Below, one piece after another: positions 1-12,055 of a stretch of 64,000 bases of DNA. Position 1 is the stretch's first letter. Each line of letters starts with the position of its first letter. The stretch is from assembly GCF_009914755.1 (NCBI RefSeq), contig NC_060932.1; one strand, written 5' to 3'. The notes under the pieces are model-generated. The model did no database searches. It had not been told where the DNA came from and worked only from the letters and a program-made list of their open reading frames with translations. Position numbers and translations under genes: made by a program. The stretch is from the human T2T-CHM13v2.0 reference genome, Homo sapiens.

Positions 1-162
<162 letters not shown>

Positions 163-172
163 TGATAACAAA

Positions 173-240
173 TTGCACTCCAGCTGGGGCAACAGAGTGA
201 GTCTCCATCTCAAAATAATAGTAATAATAATAAAATAAAA
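173..240 (+). mobile_element. Severely 5'-truncated Alu (last ~40 nt plus A-rich tail)
   Basis: TTGCACTCCAGCTGGGGCAACAGAGTGAGTCTCCATCTCAAAATAATA... Confidence 0.8.
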
Positions 241-394
241 CTTCAAAATTGTAAAGAGGGGAAAGAATTGTATACTGTCTCTAGGCTCCTCCCATGCCAT
301 CTCAGTTTCCTCAGCATCTCTGTATTTACTTAGCATTGTAGCCATTTTTAGAATCTCCCCCACCAAGTTTTGAGGAACTTCAAGATTTAAAAGT

Positions 395-520
395 AGGTAG
401 AAAAAGATGAGCTAATCAAAGAGACAGAGAAGTGGTCAGACACGTAAGATGAAACCAGGAGTGTTGAAATTAAGAAGGAAATTGTCAACAGCCAAATGCT
501 GCAGATGGGTCAAATGAGTA
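395..520 (-). mobile_element. L2 fragment
   Basis: GAGAAGTGGTCAGA...TGTCAACAGCCAAATGCTGCAGATGGGTCAA resembles antisense L2. Confidence 0.5.
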
Positions 521-1038
521 ACTTTCTCTGTCTTAGCTTTTCCGTAAAGATTGTTTCTCCAAAGCCTCCCACATACTGCTCACCCGCTCCCATCCCAATC
601 TCAGGCAGGTGCCACATCATGTACTTTCATGGCAGCTGTAATCACTCTATACCTGAGTATCTCTCAGCTGCCCCTACAGTTCTAAGCCTCTTAAGGGAAG
701 GGGCCATATTCTCTATGTATTCATAGCTAAGCTTTACATAGATAATTCTTCTGTGTATTCAATTTCACATTCTGCTTTTTCTTAATACTTTTTTCTGATG
801 AAAAAAGTAATATAGATTTAATTTTGAAATTTTAATATTATAGAAATATAAACTACAGAAGGTCAAAGTTCCCTTATCTCCTCACTACCTGCCTATGACT
901 GTTGTTTAAAGTTTATCTTTTTCTCAGATAGTGTTAGGTAAAATACTTAGGTTAATATATTTTCATAAAAATGTTTAGTGTTTGTATATACATATGATCA
1001 TTTGCAATACCTAAAATTCAGTGTTATTAAAAATTTAG

Positions 1039-1175
1039 AGCCAGGCACAGTGGTATACACCTGTGGACCCAGCTACTCGAGAGGCTGATACCTCTGGGAG
1101 CATCACTTGAATCCAGGAGTTCTGGTCCAGCTTGGACAATATAGTGAGACCCCCATCTCTAAAAAACAAAAATAA
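1039..1175 (+). mobile_element. Free Alu monomer (FLAM/FAM-like)
   Basis: Single monomer GCCAGGCACAGTGG...CCCATCTCT plus A tail; AAATTTAG on both sides (TSD). Confidence 0.85.
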
Positions 1176-1339
1176 GAAATTTAGGTTATATCTATTTCTT
1201 ACCATTAGAAATGAAGTTAGATGGATATTTTGTGTTATAGGTTTGTTCCTATTTCTGATTCTTTAGATTCCTAGGAATGTAATTATTTGATCAAAATGTG
1301 TACTTTTAAGACTTTTAATTTATAGTACCAAATTAAAGT

Positions 1340-1900
1340 GGTGGATAGTGTTTTTCAAATTTTTTTATCTTTAGTGACATTTTGCCTAGTCATTTGATCA
1401 ATTACTATAAGAGGTATATTAAGAAATAATGTTTTGAATTCTCCATTTATCCCTTTTTTTACTTTATTCCTTTCATGTATATTAAAGCTCTTAGGGGCAT
1501 ATAACTTTACATTTGTTATATCTCCCTGATTTATTAACCCTTTTATCATTATAAAATTTCCTGTTTGGATCTAATAATATTCCTTGTCTTAAAGTTTATT
1601 TTTTCTGATATTAATATAGCCATTCTGGCTTTCTTTTGATTTGTGTTTGTATGATATTCTATCCTCTTACATTCAATTTATTTATGCCTTTGTGTTTGAA
1701 GTGTGTTTCCTGTAGACAGTAGGCAGTTAGGTCTTCCTTTTTAAAATTAATCTGTCTTTAGGGATATCTAGACCATTTACATTTGATGTGATTACTGTTA
1801 CAGTTATACTTAGTTCCATCACTTTGCTATTTTTCTATTTGTCTTATCTGTCTTATGTCCTTTTGTTTTGTGTTAATCAGGTATTAATTCCTCTATTAGC
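1340..1900 (-). mobile_element. Old L1M (L1ME-like) ORF2 endonuclease-region fragment
   Basis: TCTGATATTAATATAGCCATTCTGGCTTTC, CCTGTAGACAG, CCATTTACATTT motifs; ORF 1355-1549 MIKGLINQGDIT resembles L1 EN. Confidence 0.75.
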
Positions 1901-1907
1901 TTTTTAG

Positions 1908-1995
1908 CATATATATATATGCTGTATGTGTATATATATATATGCTGTATGTATATATATATATGCTGTATGTGTGTATATATATATATGCTGTA

Positions 1996-2028
<33 letters not shown>

Positions 2029-2047
2029 GCTGTATGTATATATATAT
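1908..2047. repeat. Compound microsatellite, about 5 units of (TA)n-TGCTG-TATG(TG)n
   Basis: Directly visible. Confidence 0.95.
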
Positions 2048-2299
2048 GGACAAACTATTAGCTATTTCCCAAGAAATGAGAAAGAGTCACACCTCAGACC
2101 ATTTCTTTTTCTGAATAAAGTGGGCAACAACATGCTGTTGGAAATTCTGATTTACTCTCATATAATCCAGAGCTAGCTGGTAAAGCAGGAAATAGTATTT
2201 TCCTTCTCAATCAACTTAATGTAGGGCCCTCCTTATGTTTTGATATTATATGTATCAAAATATCACTATGTACCCCAAGTTGTTGGCAACATTACATTG

Positions 2300-2955
2300 C
2301 AGTATGAGTATGCACACTGGAAATAGAAAGCAAACTCATATTTTGTGCCTTAACATCTATTTGAATTCAATTTCATATATTTACCTTTTCCACTTGATTA
2401 TGGAGTCTTGCTGGGCACTCTAGACTTATGGCTTAGGGGATCAGCTAATACCCAATTCAGGATAGATAACTCCACTTGTATGTTCATTGGGTGTCCCATG
2501 TTGAAGCATTGACTCTACAAGGTCCAGTAGCCACCAAAAAGTTTTATTCAAAATAATAATTACAGCAAAATCCTCTAGGAGTACTCTACTGGGGCTTGCT
2601 ACAATTTTCACACAGTATCCTGATTGTGCACCTCTGAGAACTGCTGACTTTGCTGGGTCATAAAGTTCAAGTGGCGGAGTTGCATGCTCTGCAACGAACA
2701 ATGAACAACAAGCCTTCTCTTGCTCTGAGCCCACTCATGTTTGACAGTCTTTTAGAATGCTCAATAAATAGGTCAGCATATCACACCCAAGTATGGGACA
2801 TGTTTTTCTTAAAATTAAAGTGGGCCACAAAAATGATCGATACTCCGTTGGTGAGATTAATGTGCAGCAAATTGCCTTTCATGTTGAAAGGGATATTCTA
2901 GTATGACTCAGACCTTTGGACTCCTTAGAAACTTTACTGACCCAGCCTCTACATT
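2300..2955 (-). mobile_element. ERV-L-class internal fragment (pol: RT C-terminus/RNase H), decayed
   Basis: Minus translation gives GSEQEKA...PLELYDPA, WWLLDLVE, DPLSHK, IIKWK, matching recalled ERVL pol GPEQEKA...PLGPYDPA...SDPPSHK...IIKWKWY. Confidence 0.8.
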
Positions 2956-2967
2956 GAATTTGTTTTT

Positions 2968-3620
2968 TCTTTTTCTTTTTATAAATTTCAGTTCTAGGGT
3001 ACATGTGCATAACGTGCAGGTTTGTTACATATGTATACGTGTGCCATGTTGGTGTGCTGCACCCATTAACTCGTCATTTACATTAGGTATATCTCCTAAT
3101 GCTATCCCTCCCCCCTCCCCCCACCCCACGACAGGCCCCGTTGTGTGATGTTCCCTACCCTGTGTCCAAGTGCCCTCATTTTTCAATTCCCACCTATGAG
3201 TGAGAACATGCGGCGTTTGGTTTTCTGTCCTTGTGATAGTTTGCTCAGAATGATTGTTAGTTTTACAATCTACCCATCTGACAAAGGGCTAATATCCAGA
3301 ATCTACAAAGAACTTAAATTTACAAGAAAAAATCAAACAACCCCATCAAAAAGTGGGCAAAGGATATGAACAGACACTTCTCAAGACATTTATGCAGCCG
3401 ACAGACACATGAAAAAATGCTCATCATCACTAGCCATCAGAGAAATGCAAATCAAAACCACAATGACATACCATCTCACACCAGTTAGAATGGCAATCAT
3501 TAAAAAGTCAGGAAACAACAGGTGCTAGAGAGGATGTGGAGAAATAGGAACACTTTTACACTGTTGGTGGGACTGTAAACTAGTTCAACCATTGTGGAAG
3601 ACAGTGTGGCGATTCTTCAA
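2968..3620 (-). mobile_element. L1PA (PA4/5-like), 5'-truncated with 5' inversion
   Basis: Antisense 3'UTR 2968-~3258, then sense ORF2 C-terminus to 3620; TSD GAATTTGTTTTT at 2956-2967 and 3621-3632. Confidence 0.92.
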
Positions 3621-3817
3621 GAATTTGTTTTTCGTCTGTTGGCATGCATCTTGATGTCTGCTACTTCCTGCTTATCAGGTTCATTTAGCAGGATACAGTA
3701 GACCAGTGCAATGTCACGTGGGATGTTGAAACCTTTGGTTTTGGAGAGGTGAGATATCATTGTGTCAAATTTTTGAAAAGTTGTGTTTGTGACCCTACCA
3801 AATGAAAACAAAATGCT
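3621..3817 (-). mobile_element. ERV-L pol fragment (RT catalytic region)
   Basis: IPRDIALVYCILLNEPDKQEVA versus recalled LPQDITLVHYIDDIMLIGPxEQEVA. Confidence 0.8.
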
Positions 3818-4265
3818 AAGAGCTAAGACATGGAATCAACCTAAATGTCCATCAATGACAGACTGGATAAAGAAAATGTGGTACATATACACCATGGAAT
3901 ACTGTGCAGGCATAAAAAATAATGAGATCATGACATTTGCAGGGACATGAAAGGAGCTGGAAGGCATTATCCTCAGCAAAGTAACGCAGGAACAGAAAGC
4001 CAAATATGATATGTTCTCACTTATAAGTGGGAGCTAAATGATGAGACCACATGGACATGTATTGGGGAACAACACACACTGGGGTCTATTGGAGGGTGAG
4101 GTTGGGACAAAGGAGAGGATCAGGAAAAATAACTAATGAGTACTAGGCTTAATACCTGGGTGATGAAATAATCTCTACAACAAACCCCATGACACAAGCT
4201 TACCTATGCAACAAATTCTGCACATGTACCCTGAACTTAAAAGGTTAAAAAAAGTTTAAAAAAAA
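3818..4265 (+). mobile_element. L1 3' end (old L1PA/L1PB-type)
   Basis: GACATGGAATCAACCTAAATGTCCATC...CACATGTACCCTGAACTTAAAAG plus A tail. Confidence 0.9.
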
Positions 4266-4401
4266 CCCTGATAAATGAGATGGATATACTAATTATCCTG
4301 ATCTGATCACCATATATATACCAAAACATCACTATGTACCCCATGAATATGTACAATTATTATTTGTCAGTTAAAAATAAATTTTAAAAAGTAAAAAAAA
4401 A
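4266..4401 (+). mobile_element. L1MA-type extreme 3' end
   Basis: AATTATCCTGATCTGATCAC...ACATCACTATGTACCCCATGAATATGTACAATTATT...AATAAA. Confidence 0.75.
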
Positions 4402-4403
4402 CC

Positions 4404-5140
4404 CAAAATATTTCTGGTAATTTTTGTTTCATGGGATAGAAAAAAAGCATTTACCAGGATAATATCTGCTACTAAGTAATAGGGGTTTTGTTGCCATTTA
4501 TTTATTTATTTATTTATTTACTGTGATTTGATCACAATAAAGAGACCACATCTGGAAGAGCAGCTCCAATTAAAATCATCACCTAGTTGAGTTATCAATG
4601 ATTTAATTCTATCTCCCAAACTCCAGTTGTCTTCTTGCATAGACCAAATGGTGATTCAAATGGTGGTATGACAGGAGTCATTAGTCCTGTATATTTCAAA
4701 TTATTTATGGTAGCATTAAATTCAGAATTTTCCATGAAGATATATTACTTTTGGTTTAATATTTTGGTAGGGAGAGGGAGATATACTGGCTCTTCTTTGC
4801 ATAATAATTCTTAATGTATTAGAAAGCCAATGTGGATGTTTTGTCAGCTGCTGATTGTTTATTCCAACCATATACACAGAAACTAAAAAAATATCTGAGG
4901 ACTAGGTTCAGTATCCCATTGGGCCAACTGTGTGGTGGACTTAGGTTGTAACTCCTTTTGTCACGTAGTTTCCATGAACTTCCACTGTGATCTGAAGATT
5001 GCACTAAGTGTTCTAGATTCACTGGAATTAGCTTTAGGTCAGAACAAGTAGGTAAGAAGATTCAACATCATACAAATGTCAATGATGACTCGCATATGTG
5101 GTCATTTGATTGGTGACCATATTGACGGTCAAAGGTTTTT
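4404..5140 (-). mobile_element. ERV-L pro-pol fragment (protease to RT N-terminus)
   Basis: Minus translation with frameshifts: TVGP, KHPHW, LPLPTKI, KLN*VMILIGAALPDVVSLL, LVNAFFSIP. Confidence 0.8.
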
Positions 5141-5149
5141 CATAGCTAA

Positions 5150-5642
5150 TAGTGTTGGTTCAACTGGATATCAATATAGAAAAGTGTCTCTTGACTCTTG
5201 ATGCACAAAAATAAATTCCAGATGAATCATAGATCTTGATAGGCAAAGTAAAACAATAAAGCTCTTAGAAAAAAATACAGACAATTTTCATCTGGGAGGG
5301 CGAAAACATTCTAAACAATTTGCCTAAGAAATCTAGGCAAAAATTTCTTAAATAGCATTCAAAATGGTACACAAAAAGATCCAATTATAAGGGGAAATTG
5401 ATAAATTATTGTGTTCATCAAAATTATTAAAATGAAAAGGCAAGCTTCAGAATGGGACTTGTATTCATAATATGTAAAGAACTCCTACAAGTTAATAAGA
5501 AAAAGGTAGAATGTCCAGTAGAAAATGGATAAAAGATGTGAACCCAGAAAAGTATATCCAAGGGGTAGGAAACATATAAAATGTTGGTCACGTTTACTAG
5601 GCATCAGAGAAATGCAAATTAAAACCAGAAATTGATACAAAT

Positions 5643-5689
<47 letters not shown>

Positions 5690-5930
5690 AATTCTAGTTT
5701 TGAAAAAGTAGCTACTCTAAAAGTCAAGTGTTGTCAAGGATGGGGGTAATTGGAACTCTCATACACTGCTGATGGGAATGCAAATTAGTACAGCCACTTT
5801 GGAAATTGTTTGACAGTATTTACTAACATCGAATGTGCATATACTCTATAACCCAGTGACTGGCTTATATCCTAAAAATGCGTACATATTTCCAACCAAA
5901 GACATGCAAATAATAAAAATAATGAAAACT
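5150..5930 (+). mobile_element. Old L1M (MC/ME) ORF2 end and 3'UTR
   Basis: AAAATAAATTCCAGATGAAT, CATCAGAGAAATGCAAATTAAAACC, GGAACTCTCATACACTGCTGATGGGAATG. Confidence 0.8.
5642..5688. repeat. (CA)n microsatellite
   Basis: Directly visible. Confidence 0.95.
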
Positions 5931-7304
5931 GATGAGCAGACATGTATGCCCCTGTGAATTCTCAGATGAGAATCCTAAACTCCTGCATTTTCATCTGTGT
6001 CTCATTACATTTTTCATTTTCATTTCATCTATTTATTTTTACAAATTTTTACCATTTTCATCACATTTTAAATTTCTTATTCTGGCCTGTTCTCTCCAGA
6101 TAGCAGTACTCTATTATTTTATAGTAGAAAATTCAAAAATACATTTTATTGAGAATACCAAATAGTTCTCTGAAGTTTCCTGTTGGATGCTGTAGTAGAT
6201 AACTTCCAGGTATTTGCTCTTCATTTGATCTTCCAGAAGGACTATATCTTTTACTGTCTTGAAATATTGTCCCCTAAAGCCTCCACATTAGTTTTTCTTT
6301 ACTATTGACTGTCAAATATGCTGAATCGTTTCAAAGTCACTGTATTGCGACATAGCAGTATGTGGAGATTGTACTTGCCCCCACTGTCTGCACTTGGTTT
6401 ATGGTTACATTCACCTCTAGAATCTTACATTCATGAACATGGTCCTCCTCTACCAAGGAGGCATTCAAAACCCACTGCTAAATTAATTGATATTTTGGAC
6501 CAATGTGTATATGATACACTACAAGTCCCAGAATATACAGTACCACAACTGGATTTCTTTATACCCCTCCCTGCCCTGATACCTCATTTGACATAAGCAT
6601 GGGATATAGCTAACAGCACTTTGAAATGCCCGCATTCATGACTATCACAATATAGCATGTAGCCAATAGCTTTCTATTTTATGGCTTTAGAAAGCTATCA
6701 TTTTCTTAGCCTTCTTTACTTTTTTTTTTCTACTAGCACTAGCAGGTGGGTTTCCTTGGAGAACTATTTTTATAATCAATTTTTCCATGTTGCTTTATGG
6801 AGAAGGTGAACTGAGAACTATCAAGCTACTTTGGGATGGGAGCACTGGGCTATCAGATATGCTTGTTCATTGCTTAAAGGACTAATTTCAGTTCACCAAG
6901 TCAACATGCAGTACCAATTTGTGCTTCAGTAAATTTTTAAATTTGAGAATTTCCAGGATACTGTTTTGAAGGTAAAAATTAATTCGGTCATTTCCTTAAT
7001 CACCTGCCAATCTAATTTAAGTTGCTACTTTCTCAGTGGAATCCCAAGATGATTCGGGAATAAAAGAGACTGAGGTATTTTGAAATACAAGTGTTGAAGA
7101 CTAGATTCTCAGTAGAAAATTATAACCGTCTTTTATTTTAGGATCTGGTTTATTTATCTTAAGTGCTGTCTCTTTAAATCTGTTCTTCATCTCCTGCTTA
7201 GACCAAAGAATCAATCATGTTTTTTGTTCTTTACTTTTAGGGTCTGAATCTCAGCCCTCAGAGAAGACTTATTTTACATGGTTTCTTATTTTTTTCACAG
7301 TTTT

Positions 7305-7409
7305 TAATAGGAAAGAAAAAAAGGCATACAAATTTACTTGGTCATAGTTTTGCGTGACATGGGAGCCTTCAGAATGAAAACCCAAAGAGACACAGAAAAG
7401 TGTCCATTT
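7305..7409 (-). mobile_element. ERV1-class LTR fragment (MER34/MER39-like), part 1
   Basis: AGGCATACAAATTTA...GTGACATGGGAGCCTTCAGAATGAAAACCCAAAG; continues after the L1MA. Confidence 0.6.
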
Positions 7410-8072
7410 GAAGAAAAATTGATACAAAGTATTTTACATATCGATGGGCTACATGTTGAGTATTTGCTACATGCATAGAATGTGTAGTGACCAAGTGAGG
7501 GTGTTTGGAGTGTCCATCACCTTGAGTATTTATCATTTCTATGTGTCGGTAACATAACATCTCAAGTCTTCTATTCTAGCTACTTTGAAATATACAATAC
7601 ACTGTTGCTAACTGTAGTCACTCTACTCTGCTATAGAATATTGGAGCTTATTTCTTCTATCTAGCTGTGTGTTTGCACCCACTAACCAGTCTCTTCAGTC
7701 CCAGCCACAAACCCTTCCTAGCCTCTGGTATCTTTCTATTCTCCATCTTCATGAGATCAGCTTTCTTTCAGCTCCCACGTGTAAGTGAGAACATGTAATA
7801 TATGTCCTTCTGTGCCTGCATTATTTCACTTAATTACCTTCAGTTTCATCCGTGTTGCTGCAAATGATATGATTTTATTTTTTATGGCAGAATAATGTTT
7901 GTGTATACATACCATATTTTTCTTATCTGTTCATCGATTGCATATATTTGCTATTGTGAATAGTGTTGGGATAAGCATAGGTGTGCAGCTATTCTTTTGA
8001 TATACTGATTTCTTTTCCTTTGGATAAATACCCAGTAGTGGCATTGCTAGATAAAATGGCAGTTCTGTTTTA
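7410..8072 (-). mobile_element. L1MA 3' end inserted in the LTR
   Basis: Antisense L1MA 3'UTR (TAGCTACTTTGAAATATACAATAC, GCTCCCACGTGTAAGTGAGAAC); degenerate TSD AAA(G/A)TGTCCA. Confidence 0.88.
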
Positions 8073-8220
8073 AAAAAATGTCCACGTTTATTCTTAGGTT
8101 CAACAAAGTATGGACAGCCATGTAGAAATGTGATTAGACAGAAAGGGTATGATCTAATACTAACATACTACTGAGGGGAACACCCAGCAAGACCTGTTTG
8201 TTTAGCTTCTTCTTGGCCCA
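8073..8220 (-). mobile_element. ERV1-class LTR fragment, part 2
   Basis: CTTAGGTTCAACAAAGTATGGACAGCCATGTAGAAATGTGATTAGACAGAAAGGGTATGATCTAAT. Confidence 0.6.
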
Positions 8221-8695
8221 TTTCCACACACTTTTAAAGGGAATTACATGGCTAGGCCTAGATATTGTGATGAGATAAATACGTCTTCAGTGCCCTCAGA
8301 TGTGTCTTCCATTATGTCTGGCATCCTTTCTTTCTTTCTCTTCCCTTCTTATGTCAAGAAGTACAGCTTGCTATTGTGGGATACCTCTAACAGTATTGAG
8401 GTGTTTTAATGGTAGAGTTTGAAGTTTTGTTCCTTGTTATGGGAGTGGCACTGTGACCATCTGCTAATAGAACTGATGCCATTTAGAACAGCTGATACTC
8501 TCCCCTTTCCTCCTGCTGGCCCAGTTCAGTATGTAGTCTCCGGATATCTAGTTTGCAGTTTCTTAAATGAGATACAATGGGTAACCTGATCTGAGTACTT
8601 CTGCTTTTTCCTTTAAAGATAAAATGATAAAAAAACTTATAAAAACTTCCAAAGAAGGAAGTACATTAAACTTTCCCATTCTCCATGCCTTAAGC

Positions 8696-8918
8696 CAGTG
8701 GTCAGCAAACTTTTTCTGTAAAGGGCCATATAATAAATATTTTAGGCTTTACGTATTTTACAATCTTTGCCGTAACTACTCAACTCTGCTGTGTCCTACG
8801 AAAGCAGCCATAAACAATACACCAACAAATGGATGTGGCTGAGTTCTAATAAATCTTTATTTACTAAAACAGGCAGCAGGCAGATTGGCCCACATACTGT
8901 AGTTTGCAGACACACCTG
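8696..8918 (+). mobile_element. MER58A (hAT-Charlie MITE)
   Basis: CAGTGGTCAGCAAACTTTTTCTGTAAAGGGCCA...TAGTTTGCAGACACACCTG; flanks CCTTAAGC/ACGTAAGC. Confidence 0.88.
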
Positions 8919-9369
8919 ACGTAAGCCCAAAATTCCCTATTCTTTTGGGTAGTTTTAGTTTCATCTTCCCCATGTGCTTCAGTTCCTCTAAAATGAAACA
9001 CTATAAAAAAAGTGTTCCAGTGTCCAGTGATGTAACAAAATAGAACTCTGTGAAATTTTAGGCCTCTTGGGGAATAAGTTATTCTCCTGCTATCGCGCCT
9101 GAACCTTAACTTTTGAATTACTTAAAGCTATTTCTAAGGCAGCATTTCTGGTCCCGGATTATGACTTCTGGAACTAGAGAGAAGACATTCTCAAGAGGGG
9201 ACAGGTGCTCCCAAATTGTACTCACCATCTGGTCAAACAGAGTGGGAATCAATTGTCTTTGAGGGCAAGGTGTGAACACCTGTTCTTTCTTTTGGATGGC
9301 AGATTTAGTATTTCAGGTAAATATCAAAAGGTGTATTTGCCCACCACTATGGAATTTAAGCCTATTTTT

Positions 9370-9690
9370 AAAGCATGAGCAAACACATCCTCAAGTTGGG
9401 CCATGGTCGGTTGATTTATGACTCAGGAATGCTGAATTCCCGTGTTGGAAGCTGACCAACAGTTACAGTGTTCTGTGTGCTGCTGGCTGCTTCCCACACA
9501 GATAATTACCAGAGGCTAATTTACAGATGCCAGTGGGAACGGAAATGGAGTGAATGGCTGCCCGCAGAGCTAGGAATTGGATTTTATCAGGAGTCATGGA
9601 GAAGCGTGTTTGTTCTCAGAGAAAAAAGTCCAGAAAAGTGACTCGTTGAGAAACATGCCAGCAAAATGAGTTATCCAAAGGGCGGTGCAG
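9370..9690. promoter_or_regulatory. Candidate enhancer (AP-1/TEAD/FOX/PBX-HOX/ETS motif cluster)
   Basis: TGATTTAT 9412-9419, TGACTCA 9419-9425, GGAATG 9426-9431, GCAAACA 9379-9385, CGGAAAT ~9540 in apparently non-repeat DNA; motifs only. Confidence 0.3.
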
Positions 9691-9694
9691 TATT

Positions 9695-9928
9695 TAAAGC
9701 ATTGCTTTAGAGTTAGACAACCTGGGCTAAAATCCTTATTGCCCCACTTAATAGGTAGAAACCTTGAATCAGTTACTTAACCTAACTTTCCATTCCTCAC
9801 CTGCAACATCAACATAATAGTAGAATCTATCTCAAAGTTGAGATGATTAAATAAAAAAATGCACGTACAGCATCTACCACCATATTTAGAAAATAGTAAA
9901 TGATCAATAAAAATTAGCTATTATTATA
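9695..9928 (+). mobile_element. MIR
   Basis: GCTTTAGAGTTAGACAACCTGGG...AGTTACTTAACCT...AATAAAAATTAGCTATTATTAT. Confidence 0.8.
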
Positions 9929-10049
9929 TTCTAACACTTCCAGTCTTGGGGTTATCACAAATTTTGTTCTCTATTCAACAATCAGGAATACACATTTTAC
10001 CTTCCTCATTTGCTCAAGGTTATTGGAGATTTTGAGAGTCTTTGATTGC

Positions 10050-10540
10050 TTATCTTGTAGAGTAGAAAATGGAGATTCATGAATTTAAGTGAATTCCCCA
10101 AGGTTAGAAATGGATGGAACCAGAATTAAAACTCACCCAACTGACCTGCTTTTTAATCTAGACATTCCCAAATTTGAGGTTCTCCAGAAGCTGCACTGAT
10201 CCTCTTCCACTCAGCTTACTTCTCATGTTATTCTAGCAATCTTAGCACCAAAAATTGAAGCTATAAATAGAGTGACCTTTGGCAAATTATATCCCCCAAT
10301 CTCAATTTTTCATTTATAAAATAAGCAGCTTGGTATATAGAGATGATCCATGTCATTTCTTCCAATTCTAGAATGTAAACCTAAAAGATTTGTAGAGAAA
10401 CTCATCACTGAGGTGAAAAACCAGAGTCATGGAAGTAGGTAGGTCATGGTTGACCAATGCCACCATCTTCATGAGGACATCGGTAATCAGAATTAAAGTC
10501 AAACTCAGGATTGTGACTATTACCAAGACCAGGTTTCTTG
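10050..10540. mobile_element. Cluster of MIR fragments in both orientations
   Basis: AAGTGAATTCCCCAAGGTTA; GTGACCTTTGGCAAATTAT; GAGGTGAAAAACCAGAGTC cores. Confidence 0.5.
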
Positions 10541-10697
10541 CACCCACAAAACATCCTTGCTGTTTGTATTTGGTGGCCAGCATGGGCTACCTCTGGAATT
10601 TGCATCATGCTGTCACAAGAAGGACCAGGGATTTTAGCATTTGAGGAAAACTTAAAGTAGGTAATAAATCAACTATGCAAATAGCAAAGTATGCAAG

Positions 10698-11061
10698 TCT
10701 ATTAGTCTGTTCTCATGCTGCTATTAAAGACATACCTGAGACTGGATAATTTACAAACAAAAGAGGTTTAATTGACTTATAGTTCAGCATGGCTGAGAGG
10801 CCTCAGGAAACTTAAAATGATGGTGGAAGGGAAAGCAAACACCTCCTTCTTCACATGGTGGTAGCAAGGAGAAGTGCTGAGCTAGAGGGGAAAGGCCCCT
10901 TATAAAGCCATCAGCTCTTGTGAGAATTAACTATCATGAGAATAGCATGAGGGTAATTGCCTCCATGATTAAATTACCTCCCACTGGATCCCTCCCATGA
11001 CACATGGGGGTTATGGGACTACAAGATGAGATTTGGGTGGGGACACAGCCAAACCATATCA
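10698..11061 (-). mobile_element. THE1 (C/D-like) MaLR solo LTR
   Basis: TATTAGTCTGTTCTCATGCTGCT...CAGCCAAACCATATCA; perfect 5-bp TSD GCAAG (10693-10697, 11062-11066). Confidence 0.93.
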
Positions 11062-11173
11062 GCAAGTAAGAGTCTTTTTTTCCCACTGAACTTAGGCAAA
11101 TTTATTTTGCCTTGGAAATTAAGGTCACATAAGTTCTTGAATTAACAATAAAATAATATTATTTAGAATTTAA

Positions 11174-11226
<53 letters not shown>
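11174..11226. repeat. (CT)n(CA)n microsatellite
   Basis: Directly visible. Confidence 0.95.
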
Positions 11227-11228
<2 letters not shown>

Positions 11229-11769
11229 ACTTATGTTGCCTGTTACGTTTCTCAATGTGCAGGACATTTAAATTGAAGTACCTCATATTTTAGGAGGAAT
11301 TAAGTAATGGAGCTAAAGAGGGCTACCTAGTTTTCTATATTCTAGTATGATACTCAAAACTCTAAATTAAGATAATTTAAAAAATAGCATGGGGAAAACA
11401 ATACAAATATTTAGCAAGATTATTACTATAGAGCTGTTTAGAATTGTTAATTAGATGTGGATATTGTTGATGAGTTTAAATCATAACTAAATAATTTAAT
11501 AAATAAGTAGTTCTATAGCATATAAGAGTAACCAAAGTTTATATTTGGAAGAAACATTATCCTTAATATACACACTTCAAAATCAACAGAGATTTTTAGA
11601 TTTAGACTTATATTTTTCTTTTTAAAAAAGATAGATAATTGTCTCAAAAGATGGGTCATTCTCTTTAATGTGAGATACACTCTTCTACAAAAGAAGATGT
11701 ATGAGTAGCCTGAATTAGGCAGTTGATATTCAAGTGATAATTTTCTATGGTGGAGGCCATCACATTTAG

Positions 11770-12000
11770 GCTAGTGTTGTGGTTAAGAAAGTGGACTTTG
11801 GTATCAGACAGACTTGCATTTGATTTTGTTCTTTGTCCCTTACTGTGAGACCTTTGATAAAGTATTTGACCCACCTAAGCCTGTGTTTCTCCAATGTGAA
11901 ATATAGAGAGTGATTGTAACTAGTATTTCATGGGTGACATTGAAAGAATTGAGATAATGACATGTAACTTGCTAGGCACAGCATTTGCCAAGTGCTTCGT
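11770..12000 (+). mobile_element. MIR
   Basis: GTGGTTAAGAAAGTGGACTTTGGTATCAGACAGAC...AAGCCTGTGTTTCTC. Confidence 0.8.
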
Positions 12001-12055
12001 GCCTTTGTTACTGGCTGCCTGGCTTCGAGAAACATCTCCAGCTTCCTCTTTACAG

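Noticed and set aside
1893-2063. CTATTAGCT on both sides of the microsatellite as a TSD
   Set aside because: Short and AT-rich, with no mobile element or A tail between; plausibly chance or part of the L1M background.
1919-2176. Tyr/Ile/Cys-rich ORFs
   Set aside because: Translation of the TA/TG microsatellite.
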